Of a stretch of 64,000 nucleotides of DNA, positions 58,474 to 64,000 are shown piece by piece (positions within the stretch are counted from its first letter, which is position 1; each line of letters starts with the position of its first letter). The stretch comes from an uncultured Rhodospirillales bacterium (GTDB lineage: Bacteria > Pseudomonadota > Alphaproteobacteria > Rhodospirillales > UBA2165), in assembly GCA_913055735.1 (NCBI GenBank), contig CAJXKD010000002.1, positions 984,150 to 1,048,149 of the forward strand. The letters run 5' to 3'. The position numbers and the translations under genes were made by a program. A model generated the notes under the pieces. That model was given only the letters and a program-made list of their open reading frames with translations, was not told the DNA's origin and searched no databases.

Positions 58474-58713
58474 TTATTCGAAACCGCTGAGCTTTAGGCC
58501 TTCGACGACGAACCCTTCGGCGGTCGGCCAACGGTCCTCGATCATATCCCAGGCTTCTTTTTCGTTGTGCGCGACAACATCCTGGATTTGAACATCCGCC
58601 CAGTGATCGCCGTAGACTGCATGGCTGCGATTATCCTTCACGGCGGCGCGGACTTCTCGGTTATAGACGGCGACTTCAAAGGCCTTCTTTTCCCGACTGT
58701 TGTATTGAAGCAT
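58474..58713 (-). CDS. small hypothetical protein, paralogue A (79 aa)
   Basis: FEVAVYNREVRAAV...HWADVQIQDVVAHNEKEAWDMIEDRWPTAEGFVVEGL aligns by eye with the 70-aa ORF at 58899..59111, and a substantial fraction of positions is identical. Confidence 0.6.
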   Translation of the reverse strand: MLQYNSREKKAFEVAVYNREVRAAVKDNRSHAVYGDHWADVQIQDVVAHNEKEAWDMIEDRWPTAEGFVVEGLKLSGFE

Positions 58714-58898
58714 CCCAGCAATTTCCCTGACGTGTTACCTGATAAACGGGTCCTTCGGTCAGCTTGGCGTGCACCGCCAAACCCCGCCTAAAACCCTAGG
58801 AAGGTAAGATTAAAATTGCTTGAACCCTGAGCAATATTGGGAAGATTTAAGGGAGAAATCCGGGGAGAAACAGGCTTCTCGGAGGAACGCCGAGATCG

Positions 58899-59111
58899 TT
58901 AAAACTTCGATTCCTCAACTGAATCGATAACGTAGCCTTGTTGGGGCGGATATTTGCGGGAAACCTGGGCCCGTGCCTCAGATTCGCTGTCGGCCACGAT
59001 TTCTAAATAGTGAAGATCCGCCCATTCATCGGAGAGATTGCGGTGGCGCTCCCCCCCTTCGACGCATTCACGGACTTCCTTATTATAAATTGCCACTTCA
59101 AAATCCGGCAT
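58899..59111 (-). CDS. small hypothetical protein, paralogue B (70 aa)
   Basis: MPDFEVAIYNKEVRECV...EWADLHYLEIVADSESEARAQVSRKYPPQQGYVIDSV. Same strand, 36 nt downstream of the Hpt gene. Confidence 0.6.
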   Translation of the reverse strand: MPDFEVAIYNKEVRECVEGGERHRNLSDEWADLHYLEIVADSESEARAQVSRKYPPQQGYVIDSVEESKF

Positions 59112-59147
59112 GCCGCCCCTCCTTAAGCACGAAATCAGGCACTTCCA

Positions 59148-59642
59148 CTAATCTTGACCGCTGCTCCGTTTAGCAATCACCTTTTCGAGACCGGAAAGGA
59201 GGTTGCTGCCGACGTCGCCGCCGTCGCCTTTGAGGTCCTGGGCAATCACGACCTGCAGAGCGTCGACGTGCAACGCAATAACCTCTATGTCGGCAGGCTT
59301 AACATTGCCTTTAAGTTCTTCGATAAAATTGCAGAGCTGACGGCTGATGGTGGTGATCAAGTCGTATTTGAAGCTACCGCCCTGCCCTTTGATGTCATGG
59401 GTCATGCGATAGATATTGTCGAGCGTCGCAGCATCGCCGCCGTTCGATTTCAGCGCCTCGAGTTCCTTATGAAGGTTGGCCACGTCTTCGTGAACCATGT
59501 CGACGAAACTGCCGGCCATGTCCAAGATGACTTTTTCGGCACGCGCCAACGCTGCCTGATCGACAGACCCGGGCCCCCCGACCGAAACCTTGTTTCTTAT
59601 ATCGGTGGGTGGCCTTATGAAGACGCCATCATCACCACTCAT
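59148..59642 (-). CDS. Hpt (histidine phosphotransfer) domain protein
   Basis: MTHDIKGQGGSFKYDLI is the H-D-[IL]-K-G phospho-His motif of Hpt domains, and the surrounding sequence is helical. 164 aa. Confidence 0.75.
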   Translation of the reverse strand: MSGDDGVFIRPPTDIRNKVSVGGPGSVDQAALARAEKVILDMAGSFVDMVHEDVANLHKELEALKSNGGDAATLDNIYRMTHDIKGQGGSFKYDLITTISRQLCNFIEELKGNVKPADIEVIALHVDALQVVIAQDLKGDGGDVGSNLLSGLEKVIAKRSSGQD

Positions 59643-59733
59643 CGGTGCCGTTCCTTTTTTCGGAACACGCTATTAATTTCGCATTCCCAAGACTCTGCCT
59701 CCGGCATGCCCTCGCATGTCTTCGGAGACATGA

Positions 59734-60333
59734 TCATCCATTCATCAACGCTTCGACTTCTGCCTGCGACAGCTCGCCGCCTTCTCCACCTTCCGACGGT
59801 TCGGCCTCAGCGGCATCGACAACTTTCTTTTGTGCGTTTTTGCGGCGCTCGGGTCCGCGATAGTCGATCTGTTGCCGCCGCCGGTCAGGACCGAAGTAAG
59901 TCTTGGTCCGGACGAACTCACGCGGGCGTTCGATGATCGATCTAATGCGCGAATAAAGCGACTTCGCAGAAATCGGTTTCGCGAGGAACTCATGCACACC
60001 GGAATCACGCGCTTCCATCACCTTGGTCATTTCCGTGTGGCCGGTCAGCATGATGATCGGCACATACGGATTCGGGCTGTCCGAGCCGGTGCGCACCAGC
60101 TTGACGAAATCGAGCCCGTCCAAGGGCTGCATGTTCCAATCGCAGATAATGATGTCGGCGGGGAAATGCCGAAGCTCTTTGAAAGCCTCGGCGCCGTCCG
60201 CCGCCTCGTGAACGCTTTTCGATCCGAGTGCGTGCAAGATCGTCTTCACCAACGCGCGCATATGCTTGTTGTCGTCGACGATCAAGAAGTTGATACGTTC
60301 GAGGTTGTAACTTTTCTTCGGATCCGCGTCCAT
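59734..60333 (-). CDS. response regulator (receiver domain) with Arg-rich C-terminal tail
   Basis: INFLIVDDN...ADIIICDWNMQPLDG (phospho-acceptor Asp)...PIIMLTG...FLAKP. Tail YFGPDRRRQQIDYRGPERRK. No recognisable output domain. Start at ATG 60333 (GTG 60348 possible). Confidence 0.85.
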   Translation of the reverse strand: MDADPKKSYNLERINFLIVDDNKHMRALVKTILHALGSKSVHEAADGAEAFKELRHFPADIIICDWNMQPLDGLDFVKLVRTGSDSPNPYVPIIMLTGHTEMTKVMEARDSGVHEFLAKPISAKSLYSRIRSIIERPREFVRTKTYFGPDRRRQQIDYRGPERRKNAQKKVVDAAEAEPSEGGEGGELSQAEVEALMNG

Positions 60334-60525
60334 TTGCCTCGTACCCACTACCGAAATGGCCCAGTTTCTCCCGCCAAGGAGGGTCTGGGCGTTTCTTAAG
60401 TAATGTGGGGACGACGGCCCCGATTTAAAGCTTCACGGGGGTTTGCAACGTTTGTCGCGGAATTCTTATATCTAATTATTTACAAAATAGGAATTTAATT
60501 CCCATTCTTGTTTGGGCCGGTCAAC

Positions 60526-61944
60526 CTACCCAAGCAATCCAAGGAACTTCCACCAAGCGTAGTTAATCGGCACGAGAACGGCAAAGCCGACCAAACTCGA
60601 CAAAAGCGCAAGTTTAACGCCGTTGCCGAGGGGTACCTTACCCATCGCCATTGCCACAATTAAGGGTGATGCCTGATAGGGCAGGATGATGTTGGTGAAG
60701 CCGATGACCTGGCTCATCAATACTGTCATCACCGGCAGGCCGGTAACGTCAGCGATCTCCTGTGCCAAGGGACTTAGCACCGCGGGGATCCCCGGATTGG
60801 TCACCAAAAGACCCATGGCGCTGGATAGAATGGCCAGGGCGCCATAGTTGACGGCATCGGCCCCCTGCGCGAACGGGAGGATGGAGAACAGCCAGTTTCC
60901 CGCGACGACAGCGAGGCCGGATTCGGACAGCATTGCGCTCAGACCGAGCACCGCGCTGACATAAAATACCGAACCGTAATCGAGTTCGCGGTCGAAGGCG
61001 CGCGGGCCCACCATGCCGCTTCCGGGAATTAAGATGACCAGGGCAGCGGCCAACGCCACCCATGCCGGTGAAATGCCGTGAACGAAGTCCGTCACCCAGA
61101 AAACAAGCGCGACGATCAATACCCAGGCAAGCCATTTCTCCGGCGAAGATGGCGGCGCCTGCCCCTCGTCTGCCACGACCTCACCGGGTGGCTCACCGAA
61201 CAGCCATGCGGCAATGAGCACCGTGAACACGATTTTGAGAAGGCCAAGTACCGGGAAATGAATCTGCAGGAAGCCGGCATAGGTGATTTCGATCCCGTAC
61301 AGGGTTTCCGCAAGACCGGCCAAGGCCAGCCCCGGAACCAAGGCCGGCAGAATGGTGCCCGCCGAGGTGAAGGACATGAAGGCCGTCGCCAAAATCAATC
61401 CGTGGCGCCCCTTGGTACCCGGCGCATACCCCAACCGGTCTGCCAGAACCGTCACGATCGGCACCAGCAGCACCACGCGTCCCATGGTCGACGGCATCAC
61501 GAAGCCGAGCGCCAGACTGACCAAGGCTAGTCCGCTCAGAACCTTCAGATACGATCCGCCCAGCCTCCCGACGAGCCCGCGCGCGATCCGCTCACCCAGC
61601 CCCGTATGGCGCACCGACGCGCCGATGACCAAGCCCCCGAACACAAGCCACAGTGCCGCGGACGCAAAGCCGGAGAACACCAGCGCCGGGGGATGGATCT
61701 GAAACAACACGGCGAACAGAAACAAGGCGACGGCAGTCAACCCGATGGGCCAAACGCCGGTCGCCCAAAAGCCGATCGCGAACACGGTCAGTGCCGCCGT
61801 GCGCATCAGCCCGCCATCGACATCCGCAAAAAACGGAACCACCGCGAGGATAATCGCGACAGCGGCGATCACGGCGGCTAGCATCTTGGCGATGCCAAAC
61901 GAGGCTACTCGTCCACGAGAACTGCCCGCCACACGATCTTGCAT
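60526..61944 (-). CDS. SLC13/DASS-family (divalent anion:Na+ symporter-like) permease
   Basis: 472 aa polytopic membrane protein with the two-repeat CitMHS/DASS-like layout (…FMSFTSAGTILPA… / …TNPGIPAVLSPL…). Confidence 0.7.
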   Translation of the reverse strand: MQDRVAGSSRGRVASFGIAKMLAAVIAAVAIILAVVPFFADVDGGLMRTAALTVFAIGFWATGVWPIGLTAVALFLFAVLFQIHPPALVFSGFASAALWLVFGGLVIGASVRHTGLGERIARGLVGRLGGSYLKVLSGLALVSLALGFVMPSTMGRVVLLVPIVTVLADRLGYAPGTKGRHGLILATAFMSFTSAGTILPALVPGLALAGLAETLYGIEITYAGFLQIHFPVLGLLKIVFTVLIAAWLFGEPPGEVVADEGQAPPSSPEKWLAWVLIVALVFWVTDFVHGISPAWVALAAALVILIPGSGMVGPRAFDRELDYGSVFYVSAVLGLSAMLSESGLAVVAGNWLFSILPFAQGADAVNYGALAILSSAMGLLVTNPGIPAVLSPLAQEIADVTGLPVMTVLMSQVIGFTNIILPYQASPLIVAMAMGKVPLGNGVKLALLSSLVGFAVLVPINYAWWKFLGLLG

Positions 61945-61945
61945 A

Positions 61946-62383
61946 TCAAATCAGTCCTAGGTCACGTAACTCGGCCGCCAAGTCATCCGGCAAGTCCGCC
62001 GATGAGTCTCCTCCGCGGCCAACGTCGGGCGGAGCGTCCTCCGGCCGAAGATAGCGCCACCCCTGAAAGGCTTTTTGAGGCCGGGGCTCCACAAGCACAA
62101 GATTGGGATCGAGGGCCAATGCACAACGGTCACGCCCCTCTTTGTCGGTTATCCGGTCCACGCCGAGAACGCGCTGGCGTACACGGATCAGGCTTTTGAT
62201 CACCCAATAGATCGACCCGCCATCGATCAACTCCTCCGCCCGCCTGGGAACGTTGCGGGTGTAGGTCTGCAACAGATCCTCACCGGTTTGTTGGCGAAGG
62301 GACGCGATACGAGCCGCCTGAAAGCGGCGGACGTCGTCAAGGCTCTCGGCGCCGACGGCCAAGCGGAGAAGATGAACGGTCAT
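61946..62383 (-). CDS. DUF1489-family protein
   Basis: MTVHLLRLAVGAESLDDVRRFQ......T....TR..P.R..EL..GGSIYWVIK is the pattern I associate with alphaproteobacterial DUF1489. 145 aa. Confidence 0.65.
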   Translation of the reverse strand: MTVHLLRLAVGAESLDDVRRFQAARIASLRQQTGEDLLQTYTRNVPRRAEELIDGGSIYWVIKSLIRVRQRVLGVDRITDKEGRDRCALALDPNLVLVEPRPQKAFQGWRYLRPEDAPPDVGRGGDSSADLPDDLAAELRDLGLI

Positions 62384-62456
62384 GGAGCAGGATTTGGCGT
62401 TGTGTCGAAGAATTCAATCGGTACCGCAATCCAGGTCCCGGCGCAACGACGGGCCT

Positions 62457-63251
62457 CTAGTCGCCCGGATACCAATTAGGCTTGCGCTTGCCGAGAAAGG
62501 CCTGAAATCCTTCGATACCCTCCGGCGTGCCACGTCCCGCCGCGCTTTTGGCGGCAAGACGGTCGGCAAGATCATCGGCGATATCGCATTCGGATACCTC
62601 GGCGATCAGGCGCTTCGTATCGCGAACGGCGATGGGCGCGCTCAACAGCAGCGCATCGATAACGGGTTTCGCCGCATCGTCGAGCCCGCCTACGGGACAA
62701 ACCTCACTCACCAACCCGATATGCTGTGCGCGATAGACGTCGAATGTCTCTGCGGTCACGGCATAACGCCGCGTATGACGCAATCCGATGGCCGTGATCA
62801 ACTGCCGCAATATGGGGGCGGGCGTGATGCCGATGCGCACCTCGGTCACGGCAAAACGGGCATCCTCCGACGCGATCACCACATCACACGCGGCGGCATA
62901 GCCGACGCCCCCGCCGAAACACGCATTATGGACAAGCGCGATGGTCGGTTTCGGCATTTCGTAAAGGCCACGCATGGCTCCCGTCGACAAGTCGGCCGCC
63001 GTCTTGCGCTGTTCGGGCGTTGCCTCGGCCAATTCCTTGAACCAATTAACATCAGCGCCCGCCGAAAAATGTTTGCCGGCACCGCGCACCAGCACCACGC
63101 GCACGGCATCATCCGCCGCCAACCGGCCGACCGTCTCCGTCAACGCGGTCAACAACGCCGGGTTATAGGCGTTGAACACCTCCGGTCGATTGAGGGTGAT
63201 GGTCGCGATGCCTTTGGCATCGATATCGGTGAGGACAACAGCCTCGGACAT
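62457..63251 (-). CDS. enoyl-CoA hydratase/isomerase (crotonase) family protein
   Basis: TLNRPEVFNAY......L.......L..D..VRVV.VRGAGKHFSAGADV....E and GG. 264 aa crotonase fold. Confidence 0.85.
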   Translation of the reverse strand: MSEAVVLTDIDAKGIATITLNRPEVFNAYNPALLTALTETVGRLAADDAVRVVLVRGAGKHFSAGADVNWFKELAEATPEQRKTAADLSTGAMRGLYEMPKPTIALVHNACFGGGVGYAAACDVVIASEDARFAVTEVRIGITPAPILRQLITAIGLRHTRRYAVTAETFDVYRAQHIGLVSEVCPVGGLDDAAKPVIDALLLSAPIAVRDTKRLIAEVSECDIADDLADRLAAKSAAGRGTPEGIEGFQAFLGKRKPNWYPGD

Positions 63252-63280
63252 CAGGTCTCTCCCATTTTATTCGTTTGTCG

Positions 63281-63883
63281 TTACCAGCCGCCGCGTTCGA
63301 GCCACGCGTCGATCATTTCCAACCGGTCGTTGCCCCAAAACGGTTCGCCATCCACGAACACGAACGGCGACCCGAACGCACCTCGGTCGATCCCGGTCTG
63401 CGTTTCGTTCTTGAGCCGGTCCTTGTAAACAGGATCGTTGATGGCGGCCAGACACGCCTCATGGTCACCGCCTGCTTTTGCGGCAATGTCTGCCACCGTT
63501 TCCCGTGTTCGGATGTCGACGTTCTCGGCGAAATAGGCCGTCATTGCCGCCTTGGCGAAAATTTTCGCCAATTCCGGATCGCTGTCGTCGAGAAAGTAAA
63601 ACACCCGGCCTGCAGCTTGGGTCGGGATGGGAAACGGATCGGGTAATTGGAACGGAATATTATAGAGACGGCTTACCCGGTTCAGGTCATGAAGCGAATA
63701 GGTGTTCTTGAGAGGAATTTGGACGAGCGGCTTCATCCCGCTGACGGGAAATACCGCCCCCAACAAATAAGGCCGCCACGTTACGCTCCGCCCATGTTTC
63801 GCCGCGATGTCATCGATGCGAAAACTTGCGAGATATCCGTATGGCGACGAGAAATCGAAATAGAACTCCAGCTGCTCAGCCAC
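63281..63883 (-). CDS. 2-hydroxychromene-2-carboxylate isomerase family (DsbA-like thioredoxin fold) protein
   Basis: LEFYFDFSSPYGYLA...I.W.P.LLG.......P...P.K..Y...D..R......IP........FP......A.R...GAFGSPFVFVDGEPFWG.DRL is the HCCA-isomerase/GSTK-like pattern. Confidence 0.8.
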   Translation of the reverse strand: MAEQLEFYFDFSSPYGYLASFRIDDIAAKHGRSVTWRPYLLGAVFPVSGMKPLVQIPLKNTYSLHDLNRVSRLYNIPFQLPDPFPIPTQAAGRVFYFLDDSDPELAKIFAKAAMTAYFAENVDIRTRETVADIAAKAGGDHEACLAAINDPVYKDRLKNETQTGIDRGAFGSPFVFVDGEPFWGNDRLEMIDAWLERGGW

Positions 63884-63941
63884 AATACGTCCTCCCTGAT
63901 GCGCAGTTTATCAGCCCCTGTCCGGCGGCGTCACGCATCGC

Positions 63942-64000
63942 TTAGGCCCCAATCAGGCCACGGATCAATTCGATGATCGCCAGCAATCCGGTAAGAACGA
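63942..64000 (-). CDS. 3' end of an unidentified gene (hydrophobic C-terminus), truncated by window edge
   Basis: The minus-strand frame reads ...VLTGLLAIIELIRGLIGA then TAA (63944-63942). Only 19 codons are visible. Confidence 0.3.
   Translation of the reverse strand, partial: VLTGLLAIIELIRGLIGA

Overview
By eye this is a GC-rich chromosomal segment. Its gene content looks alphaproteobacterial, possibly Rhodospirillales-like (NDUFA12-like protein, DUF1489, DUF2155, ClpS-ClpA, a membrane J-domain protein, TPR-glycosyltransferase fusions); that assignment is inference only. I call about 65 protein genes. I saw no rRNA, tRNA, CRISPR array, transposase or integrase. Most of the window is housekeeping: class II ribonucleotide reductase nrdJ, clpS-clpA, thiS-thiG, aroQ, aat, gloB, galU-ugd-phosphomannomutase, a TRAP transporter, lrgAB-like genes and a DEAD-box helicase. 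Many long ORFs in the track are antisense shadows of real genes, as expected in GC-rich DNA.

Three things stand out.

1. A roughly 2.7 kb, visibly AT-richer island lies at about 12.8-15.5 kb. It carries a retron-type reverse transcriptase (NAxxH, YADD and VTG motifs). The RT is translationally coupled (ATGA overlap) to an upstream 300-aa protein with a Rossmann/NDT-SLOG-like N-terminal half. Upstream of that is a 314-nt non-coding stretch containing a perfect 19-bp inverted repeat and smaller hairpins, which is a candidate msr-msd. A small 3-TM protein lies beyond it. This is the best candidate for a defence or novel system. The architecture resembles known type II retrons (ncRNA-effector-RT), so how novel it is must be tested by homology search.

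2. A deiodinase-like thioredoxin-fold gene at 47191-47952 is split in the ORF track by an in-frame TGA. The TGA sits exactly at the FGSxT-U-P active-site position and is followed by a SECIS-like hairpin, so this is probably a selenoprotein.

3. Downstream of nrdJ are two tandem ~80-nt units. Each has a small hairpin presenting CCUCCC (anti-Shine-Dalgarno-like) and a long intrinsic terminator, so they look like tandem sRNA genes.

Minor oddities include a ThiS-ThiG fusion, tandem MlaD paralogues, short tandem duplications that contain stop codons, and a response regulator-Hpt cluster with two paralogous small proteins. All family assignments come from motif recognition by eye. No database search was run.
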